A stretch of DNA of 64,000 nucleotides from an uncultured Alphaproteobacteria bacterium (GTDB taxonomy: Bacteria; Pseudomonadota; Alphaproteobacteria; Methylaequorales; Methylaequoraceae). Positions 1 through 10,028 of the stretch are shown piece after piece (the stretch's first letter is position 1; the number at the start of each line of letters is the position of its first letter). The notes under the pieces are model-generated. The model worked only from the letters and a program-made list of their open reading frames with translations, searched no databases and had not been told where the DNA came from. Position numbers and translations under genes: made by a program. The DNA lies in contig CABZAL010000004.1 of NCBI GenBank assembly GCA_902523675.1, positions 715 through 64,714 on the forward strand. The letters run 5' to 3'.

Positions 1-23
1 ATTAATATTCAATCAACAAGAGT

Positions 24-1253
24 TTATATTTCATTAAAAGTTTTCATCCCCGTTTTAGTTGCCTGAACTAAAGCTGCCATATTACCGGGCAAATGCTGAT
101 TATTCATCATTTTGGTGTGTGCAACTGGAATTTCATTCCACGTAAAGCATTCAGACATCAGGGGGTTTATTAATTTATTTATCATCATATTATTTGCTTC
201 ATTGGCTTGAAATAAATTAGCAAAGTGGCTACCTTGAATTCGTTTTTGTCGCATCCAAATATATCTAGCGTCCATTGTAAGATTATAACCTGATGTTCCA
301 GCGCAGATAACAACCATTCCACCTGTTTTTACCAAATAACAAGAGACCGGAAAAGTAGATTCGCCTGGATGTTCAAAAACAATATCCACGTCTTTCTTTC
401 CAGTTAAAGACCAAATATCTTTTCCTAGTACACGACATTTTTTTATAAAGTCAGAATAACCTTTTTGATCCTTTACGTCTGGTAATTTTCCGAAACAATC
501 ATAGTTTCTTCTATTTAAAACTCCAATAGCACCCAAATTCTTTACAAAAGGTATTTTGTCGTCATCAGAAATAATTCCAATCGCATTTGCTCCAACAGCT
601 TTGCAGATTTGAACTGCCATACTTCCTATTCCTCCTGAAGCACCCCAAACTAAAACATTCATTCCTGGTTTTACTGCATGAGGGGGATGACCAAACAACA
701 TTCTGTATGCTGTAGCTAAAGTAAGTGTATAACAACCACTTTCTTCCCAAGATAAATGTTCTGGTTTTTTTAACAACTGTCTAGATTGAACTGTTGTAAA
801 TTGTGCAAACGATCCATCATTTGTCTCATATCCCCAAATTTGTTGAGATTTAGAATACATAGGCTCGCCTCCATTACATTCTTCGTCATCACCATCGTCT
901 CTGTTACAGTGAATTATCACTTCATCACCAACTTTCCATCTTTTTACATTGTCTCCAACTGACCAGACAATTCCCGAGGCATCTGATCCACCTATGTGGT
1001 AACCGGTATCCTTTCCTATGACCGATATCGGAATACCCTGAGAGGCCCACACATTATTATAATTAATTCCAACTGCCATTACCATGACTAAAACTTCGTC
1101 TTTTCCTGGGTTTTGAATAGGCATTTTCTCTAACTGCATAGCTTTTTCGGGCACTCCCAACCTATTTTCTCTAATTACCCATGCGTACATTTTTTTAGGA
1201 ACGACGCCTAGGGGTGGAATTTCTCCCATCTCATAAATCTCTTTTTCAGTCAT
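24..1253 (-). CDS. ccr: crotonyl-CoA carboxylase/reductase (MDR superfamily)
   Basis: 409-aa ORF. The N-terminus YEMGEIPPLGVVPKKMYAWVIR and the Rossmann motif VWGASGGIGSMAVQ match Ccr as I remember it. It sits divergent to an acyl-CoA mutase. Confidence 0.85.
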   Translation of the reverse strand: MTEKEIYEMGEIPPLGVVPKKMYAWVIRENRLGVPEKAMQLEKMPIQNPGKDEVLVMVMAVGINYNNVWASQGIPISVIGKDTGYHIGGSDASGIVWSVGDNVKRWKVGDEVIIHCNRDDGDDEECNGGEPMYSKSQQIWGYETNDGSFAQFTTVQSRQLLKKPEHLSWEESGCYTLTLATAYRMLFGHPPHAVKPGMNVLVWGASGGIGSMAVQICKAVGANAIGIISDDDKIPFVKNLGAIGVLNRRNYDCFGKLPDVKDQKGYSDFIKKCRVLGKDIWSLTGKKDVDIVFEHPGESTFPVSCYLVKTGGMVVICAGTSGYNLTMDARYIWMRQKRIQGSHFANLFQANEANNMMINKLINPLMSECFTWNEIPVAHTKMMNNQHLPGNMAALVQATKTGMKTFNEI

Positions 1254-1399
1254 ATTTTTTCCTTATTTCAATTTTCCACTCTCTAGTTAAATTATTGAGG
1301 TTAAAAAGTAAATTTTATAGCATTGTTTGTAAAAAAAAACATAATTTTCTTGTTGAATTCAAAAATTAATACTATTTTTCAATATTATTATTAAAAATT

Positions 1400-3367
1400 A
1401 TGCAAACTAGAGACATACCTTGGGTTATTAGAACTTATGCAGGCCATTCAACCGCAAAAGCATCTAACAAACTCTATAGAGAAAATTTAAAAAAAGGACA
1501 AACTGGTTTATCCGTTGCTTTCGATTTACCTACTCAAACGGCATATGATTCTGATTTTGTTTTGTCTAAAGGTGAAGTTGGAAAAGTTGGTGTTCCAATA
1601 TCACATATTGGAAATATGATGACCCTTTTTGACAATATTCCTTTGGATAAAATGAACACCTCAATGACGATCAACGCTCCAGCTGCTTACCTTTTAGCTT
1701 TATACATCGCAACTGCAGAAAAAAGGGGAATTGAAAGAAAAAATTTATCAGGAACTACACAAAATGACATTACAAAAGAATATCTATCTAGGGGTACTTA
1801 CATTTTCCCACCTGATCCAAGTCTAAAATTAACAACTGATATAATAAATTTTACTACTAATGAGATGCCAAAGTGGAACCCAATGAACGTTTGTTCGTAT
1901 CATCTTCAAGAAGCGGGTGCCACTCCTGAACAAGAATTATCATTTGCTTTGGCTACGGCCACAGGAATTTTGGAATACATGAAAAAAAACTCCAAAATTA
2001 GTAAACCTGTTTTTGAAAAAACCGTTGGAAGAATAAGCTTTTTCGTAAACTCTGGTATGAAATTTATTACAGAAACAGCGAAGATGATTGCTTTTACAGA
2101 AATGTGGGATGAGATATGCAGAGAGAGATTTAAAATTAAAAATTCAAAGTTTTGTAGATTTAGATATGGAATGCAAGTAAATTCTCTTGGACTTACAGAA
2201 TCGCAGCCAGAGAATAATGTTTATAGAATTTTAATTCAAATGTTACCGGTTGTAATTGCTAAAAATTCAAGAGCTAGAGCTGTTCAACTTCCGGCGTGGA
2301 ATGAAGCTCTTGGACTTCCAAGACCATGGGATCAGCAATGGAGCTTAAGGCTACAACAAATTATGGCTTATGAAACAGATTTATTAGAATTTGGTGATAT
2401 TTTTAAAGGATCATCAGAAATCAAAAAAAAGGTAAATGAACTAAAAAAACAAGCTAAACATGAACTTAATGAGATTGACAAATTGGGCGGTTTGATTCCT
2501 GCTATTGAGACAGGATACATGAAAAAAAAACTAGTTCATTCACAAACCATTAGACAAAAAAATATTGAATCAGGAGAACAAATAGTTGTTGGTGTTAATT
2601 GTTTCACAGAAGGTGCAAAATCTCCATTAATGAATTCTGACGACGGTGGTTTTATGAAAGTTGATCAAACTGCTGAAAAAAATCAAATAATTAATGTCGT
2701 AGAATGGAAGAAAAAAAGAAATCAAAAAAAAATTCAATCCTTATTGAAAGAACTTTCAAATACGGCTAAAAATGGATCAAATATTATGAAAATTTCTATT
2801 GAATGTGCACATGCTGGAGTTACTACAGGAGAATGGGGAAAAGTAATGAGAGAAGTTTTCGGAGAATATAGAGCGCCAACAGGTATTGCCTCATCTCACA
2901 TACAACAAAATAAAAGGGCAGAACGGAAAGTTTTAGAAATTAGAAAACGAGTTGATATTATTTCAAAAAAAGTCAAAAAACGCCCAAAAATGCTTGTTGG
3001 CAAACCTGGTCTTGATGGACATTCAAATGGAGCAGAACAAATTGCTGTCCGAGCCAGAGATGTTGGTTTTGAAGTGGTTTATGACGGAATAAGATCAACA
3101 CCTGAGCAATTAGTCAATACTTGTATTGAAGAAAGTATAGACATTATAGGCCTTTCTATCTTGTCAGGTTCTCACATATATCTAGTTAAAGAGATAAGAT
3201 TGCTTTTAAAAAAAATAGGTCTTGATAAGCTTCCTGTTGTAGTCGGTGGTATAATACCTCCAAAAGATGAAAATAAATTACTTAAAATTGGTGTTAAAGC
3301 TGTTTTTACGCCAAAAAATTTTCAAATTGAAGACATAATGACTAGAATTGTAGATATTTTAGAATAA
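1400..3367 (+). CDS. ecm: B12-dependent acyl-CoA mutase, fused catalytic and cobalamin-binding domains; likely ethylmalonyl-CoA mutase
   Basis: 655 aa. It has RTYAGHSTAKASN...GLSVAFDLPTQ and a C-terminal DxHxxG motif (GLDGHSNGAEQ). The Ecm call over Mcm rests on size and on adjacency to ccr. Confidence 0.75.
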   Translation: MQTRDIPWVIRTYAGHSTAKASNKLYRENLKKGQTGLSVAFDLPTQTAYDSDFVLSKGEVGKVGVPISHIGNMMTLFDNIPLDKMNTSMTINAPAAYLLALYIATAEKRGIERKNLSGTTQNDITKEYLSRGTYIFPPDPSLKLTTDIINFTTNEMPKWNPMNVCSYHLQEAGATPEQELSFALATATGILEYMKKNSKISKPVFEKTVGRISFFVNSGMKFITETAKMIAFTEMWDEICRERFKIKNSKFCRFRYGMQVNSLGLTESQPENNVYRILIQMLPVVIAKNSRARAVQLPAWNEALGLPRPWDQQWSLRLQQIMAYETDLLEFGDIFKGSSEIKKKVNELKKQAKHELNEIDKLGGLIPAIETGYMKKKLVHSQTIRQKNIESGEQIVVGVNCFTEGAKSPLMNSDDGGFMKVDQTAEKNQIINVVEWKKKRNQKKIQSLLKELSNTAKNGSNIMKISIECAHAGVTTGEWGKVMREVFGEYRAPTGIASSHIQQNKRAERKVLEIRKRVDIISKKVKKRPKMLVGKPGLDGHSNGAEQIAVRARDVGFEVVYDGIRSTPEQLVNTCIEESIDIIGLSILSGSHIYLVKEIRLLLKKIGLDKLPVVVGGIIPPKDENKLLKIGVKAVFTPKNFQIEDIMTRIVDILE

Positions 3368-3370
3368 TTA

Positions 3371-4240
3371 ATGTTATTAAGAAAAAATATTGAATTAGTT
3401 ATAAATTCCCTAAGACAATTAAATACATATAATCTTGAAAGCTTTTTTGCGGTAAATTTTAAAAAAACAAAAATCGGATGGATCAATTCGAAGAATAAAA
3501 AATTACTGGAGGGTCTATTTAGTTTAAAATCCAGACAAACATTAAATATGAACGAAATTATTTTGAAAGAACCAATTTGGTATGAAAAAATAAAATCATT
3601 TTTAAAAATCAAGTGTGATGAAAAATGCCCAGTTTTTGAATATCAATCAATTAAACCAAAAAAAATATTCAATCAGGACGAAAAAGTATGCGTTAATCAA
3701 ATAATAGAGGTTCCAAGGTCATTACTTTTTTTCTTCGGTTTTCCAGCTTATGGTGTGCATTGTAATGGTTGGTCTAAAGAAAAAAAACAATTATTTTTTT
3801 ATTTATCCAAAAGATCTAGTAAGTTAAAAAAATACCCAGGATTGTATGATAATCTGATTGGTGGGGGTCAACCTGCAAATTTATCTTTTAGAGAAAATCT
3901 GTACAAAGAGGGATTTGAAGAGGTTGGAGTAAAAAAAAGTTTTTTTAGAAATAGTAAATTAGAATCGATAATAAATTATTGTCATGTTAAAGATAATTTA
4001 CTACATTCATCAATAATAGCCACTTATGACGTAAAAGTTTCTAAAGAATTTGAGTTTAGTAACAACGAAAATGAAGTTGAAAAAATTGAAAAATTTGAAC
4101 TAAATGAAACACTAAAATTGCTTGAGGAAAAAAAACTAAAACCTAATTGCATAATACCAATTAGTGATTTTCTCATCAGAAATCAACCACACACATTTGA
4201 CAATAAATCTCTAAAAGAAATAAAAAAATATTTATCATAA
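3371..4240 (+). CDS. Nudix-family hydrolase with long N-terminal domain
   Basis: 289 aa with a degenerate Nudix box, GGGQPANLSFRENLYKEGFEEVGV. Confidence 0.55.
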   Translation: MLLRKNIELVINSLRQLNTYNLESFFAVNFKKTKIGWINSKNKKLLEGLFSLKSRQTLNMNEIILKEPIWYEKIKSFLKIKCDEKCPVFEYQSIKPKKIFNQDEKVCVNQIIEVPRSLLFFFGFPAYGVHCNGWSKEKKQLFFYLSKRSSKLKKYPGLYDNLIGGGQPANLSFRENLYKEGFEEVGVKKSFFRNSKLESIINYCHVKDNLLHSSIIATYDVKVSKEFEFSNNENEVEKIEKFELNETLKLLEEKKLKPNCIIPISDFLIRNQPHTFDNKSLKEIKKYLS

Positions 4241-4245
4241 AAATT

Positions 4246-4899
4246 ATGACTGACACTAAAATTTTAAATACCGAAATAAAACAACCAAATGAAAAAGAAA
4301 TAAAAAAGATTGTGCTTTTTCTTCATGGCTATGGTGCAAATGGTGCCGATCTAATTGGTATTGCTGATTATTTAAAAAGTTATCTTCCAAATACAATTTT
4401 TTATTCCCCTGATGCACCATTTATTTGTGATGTAAATCCAATGGGCTTTCAATGGTTTCCATTAAATGAAAGAACGGAAGATGAAATTCAAAACGGATTG
4501 AATGATTGTGAACCTTATCTCAATTCGTTTGTAAAATATATTCTGGATCTTCACAAACTCAAGATTGAAGACCTTGCGGTAATAGGATTTTCGCAAGGAA
4601 CTATATTATCTCTTTACAATTTTACTAGAAGAGATAACTCATGTGCAGGCATTATAGCTTTTTCTGGTTTGTTTTTTAATAAACATAGGAATAATCACAA
4701 GATTAATTTTCCAATTCTTTTACATCATGGAAAAAACGACGAAGTTATAAATTATAACTTTTCTCTTAATGCCGAGAAAGATTTAAGAAACTTAGGTTTT
4801 GATGTTATATGTAAAATTAAAGAAAATCTTGGGCATGGAATTGATGAAGGAGCAATCGTAGACGCAAAAGAGTTTTTACTGAAATCACTTTTTAAATAA
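4246..4899 (+). CDS. phospholipase/carboxylesterase-family alpha/beta hydrolase
   Basis: 217 aa. It has a GFSQG nucleophile elbow, an LHGYGANG N-terminal motif and a late HG..D. Confidence 0.75.
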   Translation: MTDTKILNTEIKQPNEKEIKKIVLFLHGYGANGADLIGIADYLKSYLPNTIFYSPDAPFICDVNPMGFQWFPLNERTEDEIQNGLNDCEPYLNSFVKYILDLHKLKIEDLAVIGFSQGTILSLYNFTRRDNSCAGIIAFSGLFFNKHRNNHKINFPILLHHGKNDEVINYNFSLNAEKDLRNLGFDVICKIKENLGHGIDEGAIVDAKEFLLKSLFK

Positions 4900-4939
4900 A
4901 TTATTTAATTCATAAGAAATAAAACTATATACTCTACTA

Positions 4940-5500
4940 ATGACTATTAAAGATAACAGTTGTCCAGCGTTGGTCTTAAATGCAGATTTTCAACCATTAA
5001 GTTATTTTCCATTATCAACTTGGTCTTGGCAGAATGCAATCAAGGCTGTTTTTTTGGATAGGGTAAATGTGATATCTGAATACAATGAATCTGTGAACTC
5101 TCCTTCAAAGTCGATTAAGCTTCCAAGCGTCATATCTCTAAAGGATTTTATCCCTTTGCCCTCAAAAGCAGCATTTACTAGGTTTAATGTATTTTTAAGA
5201 GATAAATTTACTTGCCAGTATTGCTTGAATATTTATAAAGCTGAAGAACTTACTTTTGATCATGTTGTACCTAAATCTAGAGGAGGAAAGACTACTTGGG
5301 AAAATGTTGTTACTTCTTGCCGAACTTGTAATACTAGAAAAGGGAGTAAATCGCTTTTAAATCTTAACATTAAACTGGCAGTAGCTCCTAGGGTCCCGAA
5401 CAATTATGAATTGAAAGATATTGGAAGGCAGTTTCCACCAAATTTTTTGCATGAAAGTTGGAATGACTTTCTTTATTGGGACTCAGAGCTTGAACCATAG
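4940..5500 (+). CDS. stand-alone HNH endonuclease
   Basis: 186 aa with CQYC...DHVVPKSRGG...N...CRTCNTRK, the HNH zinc-finger signature. Confidence 0.75.
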   Translation: MTIKDNSCPALVLNADFQPLSYFPLSTWSWQNAIKAVFLDRVNVISEYNESVNSPSKSIKLPSVISLKDFIPLPSKAAFTRFNVFLRDKFTCQYCLNIYKAEELTFDHVVPKSRGGKTTWENVVTSCRTCNTRKGSKSLLNLNIKLAVAPRVPNNYELKDIGRQFPPNFLHESWNDFLYWDSELEP

Positions 5501-6025
5501 CTAGATTTTTTCAGATAATCTTATAGCGGTTTTCGTCAAACCTTTAATTAAAAATTTAAAAACGTTAAGTTGTATATCGTTGGAGCTTATTCCAGATGCT
5601 CCAGTCTCCTTATGTTTATCTTCATCTGCCAAAAATTTTTTAATTTTTTTTCGTATCTCTTTTTCTTCTGAATTAGGTATTTCATGCAATTGCTTTTCAT
5701 AATGCTTTACAATAATTTCCTCTACTGCTTCTGTGCATGCCATTACATAATTTTTTCCTAATAGTGCGGTTAATGCTCCAAGCGAAAATCCACCAATTTT
5801 CCATACTCCTCCTAAAATGGTGGGTCTTATTCTCTTTTCTAGCATTACCGATTCAAAATACTTCAAATGTTCTTCCTCTTCATCAGCCATTTTTTCCAGT
5901 ATTTTTTTTAAATTTTTATCTTTTGTAAACTTTATTTGACCTGAATAAATTTGTTGAGCTCCATATTCACCAGCATGATCAACTCTTATAATTTGATCTA
6001 ATCTTTTTTTAAAGTTCATACTCAT
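5501..6025 (-). CDS. coq7: demethoxyubiquinone hydroxylase (Coq7 family di-iron protein)
   Basis: 174 aa with RVDHAGEYGAQQIY and EEEH motifs. Confidence 0.8.
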   Translation of the reverse strand: MSMNFKKRLDQIIRVDHAGEYGAQQIYSGQIKFTKDKNLKKILEKMADEEEEHLKYFESVMLEKRIRPTILGGVWKIGGFSLGALTALLGKNYVMACTEAVEEIIVKHYEKQLHEIPNSEEKEIRKKIKKFLADEDKHKETGASGISSNDIQLNVFKFLIKGLTKTAIRLSEKI

Positions 6026-6513
6026 TTTTTTTCCAAAGTTTTTTTATTTAAAAGTATAAACATTGTAATGGCAAAATTCATTAAAGAAAATAACGAATTA
6101 TATTGTGCCATTGAAAAACCTAAGTAAGACCATATTACCTCATTACATTTAGTTATAGGAGTCTCATCTAAAAAGTTTCTCAAAGATTCAATATCACTAA
6201 ATTGTTTTCCTGTTGAAGAACAGGATGAGCTAAATTCAAAAAAACTTTTTTCTATGCCTACATGCACTGAAGCGATTACAAGACTTGCTAAAAAAACTGT
6301 AGGAATAATATACAAAAAAGTAGTCTTAAATTTATTTACAAAGAATAATAGAGGAATAAAAAAAATCAAAAAAAAGTATGGTATTCGCTGATATATACAA
6401 AATTCACATGGTGGATAGTTTTCAATATACTGATAATAAAATGCAAATGTTATAGCAATGATGCTAACAAAAAAGCTATATCCACAAAGCAAAGTATCTC
6501 TTCTAATTGTCAT
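6022..6513 (-). CDS. DsbB-family disulfide bond formation protein
   Basis: 163 aa with 4 predicted TM segments and a CEFC pair followed by QRIPYF. It overlaps the coq7 start by 4 nt. Confidence 0.65.
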   Translation of the reverse strand: MTIRRDTLLCGYSFFVSIIAITFAFYYQYIENYPPCEFCIYQRIPYFFLIFFIPLLFFVNKFKTTFLYIIPTVFLASLVIASVHVGIEKSFFEFSSSCSSTGKQFSDIESLRNFLDETPITKCNEVIWSYLGFSMAQYNSLFSLMNFAITMFILLNKKTLEKK

Positions 6514-7119
6514 TTATCTTACAAATAAATAAAAAATAAATATTAACAACAATATAAAGCTAATAACATTTATATTTTTTTCTACTGTTTCTTTGATACT
6601 TTTTCCATATCTAAAAAACAAGTAACTGACCAGTGTAAATCTCGCCCCTCTAGAGATAATTGAACATATGATAAATATAAGTAAGTTTAAATTAAGAATA
6701 CCTGCTGATATTGCAACAATCTTGTACGGCATTGGTGTGAAGCCACCAATAATCACTAAAAACCATCCATAATTTGCAAAATTATGCTTGAATATTTTAA
6801 ACTGATTTTCAAATTTTGGATATAGAGAAATTAAATCTTGAGAGAAAGAACTCCACAAATACTGACCAATAAAATAGCCCGCAATACCTCCAAGAACAGA
6901 AAATAAAATTGTTATAGTAGTCAAAAAAAATACTTTGTGTTTATTGAAAATGATTGCTGGTGCTAAAAAAATATCAGTTGGTAACGGAAAAAAAATTGAC
7001 TCAATAAATGATATTAACGAAAGGAAAATCCATGAATTTTTTTTTTTAGTAAATTTTACAAAATGAAAATATACAAATTCTACAAATTTCATTTTAAAAA
7101 TATACACATAAAATATCAA
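6514..7119 (-). CDS. DedA/YqaA-family membrane protein
   Basis: 201 aa, polytopic, with an FFPLPTD motif. The real start may be the internal MKFVEF. Confidence 0.6.
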   Translation of the reverse strand: MIFYVYIFKMKFVEFVYFHFVKFTKKKNSWIFLSLISFIESIFFPLPTDIFLAPAIIFNKHKVFFLTTITILFSVLGGIAGYFIGQYLWSSFSQDLISLYPKFENQFKIFKHNFANYGWFLVIIGGFTPMPYKIVAISAGILNLNLLIFIICSIISRGARFTLVSYLFFRYGKSIKETVEKNINVISFILLLIFIFYLFVR

Positions 7120-7130
7120 TTAGCTAAAAA

Positions 7131-8219
7131 TTATTTATTTTCTATAACTAAATTTTTCACAAATTCACCAATCGCAAATGAGGAGGTTAATCCCGGAGAC
7201 TCAATTTCAAATAGATTTATTAAAGATATGTTCTGATTAATTTTATTATTTTGAATACAAAAATCGTTTGCGCCAATTTTTGTCCTAATGCCACTATAAT
7301 CTGGCACAAGATTTCTATCCTTAATTTTAGACCAATATTTAGATATTGATTTCTCAAATTTATTTTCTAGATTTCTACTCACATCAAAGTTTATGGACTT
7401 TAATTGTTCAGTATCTGGTCCAAAGTGAGTCTCTCCAGATAAGCAAATAGTCGAATGTATACCTAATCCATCTTTTTGGGGAATGGGATAAATTAATCTT
7501 GAAAATGGAGAATCACCTTCAAGTTTCATTTAATTACCCTTAACATACCTAATCTTTGGAATCTTAAATTGAAAATTCTTAATATTTTTAGCTACTCTAT
7601 GACTGTTGAGTCCTGAACAATTAATTAAAACTTGGGTCTTAAGTACATCATTTTTTTGGTTATTTACAATAAAGTCTATGGAATTCTGATTTATGAATTC
7701 TTCTGAAAACTCAGTATTAAATACAATTGTTCCAACATTAGTTTCAACATCTATTAAGAAGTTAGCCATAAGTTGATGAACATCTACTATTCCAGTTTCT
7801 CTAGAAAACAAACCACCAGAACCATTCAACTCTGGTTCCATTACTTTTAGATTTTTTTTATCTAACTCAACTAGTTCAATTCCTAATCTTTCTGCGTTTT
7901 TTTTTATAAATTTTAATTTTTGGATTTCGTCCAATGATGAGGCAACGATAATTTTTCCACATTTATCATATTTTATCCCCCTATCTTTTATAGATTTGTA
8001 AAGATAATGTCTTCCTTGAATACATAATTTTTCTTTTAAAGAGTTTTTAACATAGTATAAGCCTGCATGAATGACTCCACTGTTTCTTGAACTATTTTCT
8101 TGCCCGAATGAATTATTTTTTTCAAGAAGTAAGACTTTTTTATTCTCTGAACTTAAGAATTTAGCTATTGATAATTCAATTACCCCACCACCTACAACTG
8201 TAAATTCAAAATGCGTCAT
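7131..8219 (-). pseudogene. FAD-dependent oxidoreductase (L-2-hydroxyglutarate oxidase-like, COG0579-type) interrupted by an in-frame TAA
   Basis: The two track ORFs (7530..8219 and 7131..7529) are in the same frame and are separated only by the TAA at 7530..7532. The N-part carries the dinucleotide fold and the C-part carries IESPGLTSS. The GxGxxG motif reads GGGVIE. Confidence 0.6.
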
Positions 8220-8303
8220 TATTTTATATTAGTAAAATTATTTCACTATTAATAGGATAACATAATTAATCTAGACTATTGAACGAAAGATTCTTAAAAT
8301 ATA

Positions 8304-10028
8304 ATGAAAAAAAAGATTAAGATGTCCAATAAAATTCTACTTAAAATTAAAAACCTTGTAAGGAAGAATAATATTAAAAAAGCCGATATTTTATTCAAAA
8401 GATTACTTAAAACGGATCAAAATAATAATAGTCTAAAACAATTTTATTTAGATACTTTATTCAAAGAAAAAAAATACAAAAATGTAACTTCAGTTTTTTT
8501 ATCATTATTTAAAAACACTGCAGATGAAGAAATACTAAAGATCTTTTCAATTTCATTGTTGGAGTTAAATAAGTTTCAGGAGGCAGAAATATATTTTTTA
8601 AAAATTGTTAAGATAAACGAAATTCCTGAAAATTTTTCCTTGCTCGCCATTTGTCAATCAAAACTAGGTAAAAATGAATTGGCCATAGAAAATTTTAAAA
8701 AAGCAATAAATATCGATCCAAATAATTCCAGATATATAATTAATTTAGCCAACCACTTTCGTGAGTCAAATCTAATTATTCAAGCTATTAACCTATTAAA
8801 AGATTTTAATAAATCTACAACAGATATAAATGTGTTAATCCTTCTTGTTGGTTTGCTGAGAGATATTCAAAAACACGAAGAGGCAATAGAATATTGTTCT
8901 GAAGCAATAAAAATTGAAAAGGAAAATAGCTACCTTATTCTAATTCTTGCCACACTTTTTTTGGAAAGTAATAATGTTGTTGAAGCAGAAAAGTTTTTTG
9001 AACTTTCATTAAAATATAGACCTTTTTTTGGGCCGGCTTTAAGAATGTTAAGTTTATTTAAAAAAATAGACGCTCAAATGCTGAGTGATCTCGAAAAATT
9101 TATTGAAAATTCAAAAAGTTTTGATCCTAATCTGATTCAACTAGGTCTAGCAGTCTCAAATTTCTTAGAGAAAAATAATAATTTTAAAAAAAGCTTTAAA
9201 TACCTTAAAAGGTTCAATAGTTACCAAAAGAAATTAACAAAATATAATATAAATTACTACAGAGAAAAGTTTGATAAAATTAGAAGGATTTACAGATTTT
9301 ATAAGGGACAAAAAAAACAATTAAATAAAGAAATTAAAGATGTTTGTCCAATATTTATAGTTGGATTGCCAAGATCAGGAACCTCTCTGATTGAGCAAAT
9401 TTTATCATCCAAAAAAGAAATTAAAAGTTGTGGTGAATTAACATTTCTAGATGATAATTTTTCAAAAATATTTAAATCAATAAAGGAAGAAGATATTTCA
9501 ATACGTATGCTTGAAATGTTAAGTACAACATATATAGATAATGTAGTAGAGAATCTGGAGGTCAAAGAAAAATTTTTTACTGACAAAATGCCATTAAATT
9601 TTTTTTATGTTGGAATAATAAATCTAATCTATCCAAGTTCTAAAATTATATTATGCAAGAGATCAAAAATGGATAATATTATTTCTCTTTATAGAAATTT
9701 TTTTCCTTCAGGTAATAATTTCAGTTACGACTTAAGTGACATTAATGATTTTTTAAAATTATATGATGAGGTTATTACTTACTGGAAAAAAGAGGGAATA
9801 GATTTCCACATTGTTGATTATGAAAGTTTAATTCGTGACTTCAAAACTGAAACGTCAATATTATTTAAATACTTAAATTTAGATGTGGATGACTCAATTT
9901 TAAAATTTCATAAAAATAAAAGAGTAGTACAGACTGCAAGCTTCCTTCAGGTTCGTAGACCTTTATTTAAAAGTTCTATTGATTCATGGAAAAAATATAA
10001 AGATGAAATAGGTTATTTAAATAATTAA
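8304..10028 (+). CDS. TPR-repeat protein with C-terminal sulfotransferase domain
   Basis: 574 aa. The N-terminal half looks like TPR repeats. The C-terminal half has IFIVGLPRSGTSL (PAPS 5-prime phosphosulfate-binding loop). Confidence 0.75.
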   Translation: MKKKIKMSNKILLKIKNLVRKNNIKKADILFKRLLKTDQNNNSLKQFYLDTLFKEKKYKNVTSVFLSLFKNTADEEILKIFSISLLELNKFQEAEIYFLKIVKINEIPENFSLLAICQSKLGKNELAIENFKKAINIDPNNSRYIINLANHFRESNLIIQAINLLKDFNKSTTDINVLILLVGLLRDIQKHEEAIEYCSEAIKIEKENSYLILILATLFLESNNVVEAEKFFELSLKYRPFFGPALRMLSLFKKIDAQMLSDLEKFIENSKSFDPNLIQLGLAVSNFLEKNNNFKKSFKYLKRFNSYQKKLTKYNINYYREKFDKIRRIYRFYKGQKKQLNKEIKDVCPIFIVGLPRSGTSLIEQILSSKKEIKSCGELTFLDDNFSKIFKSIKEEDISIRMLEMLSTTYIDNVVENLEVKEKFFTDKMPLNFFYVGIINLIYPSSKIILCKRSKMDNIISLYRNFFPSGNNFSYDLSDINDFLKLYDEVITYWKKEGIDFHIVDYESLIRDFKTETSILFKYLNLDVDDSILKFHKNKRVVQTASFLQVRRPLFKSSIDSWKKYKDEIGYLNN

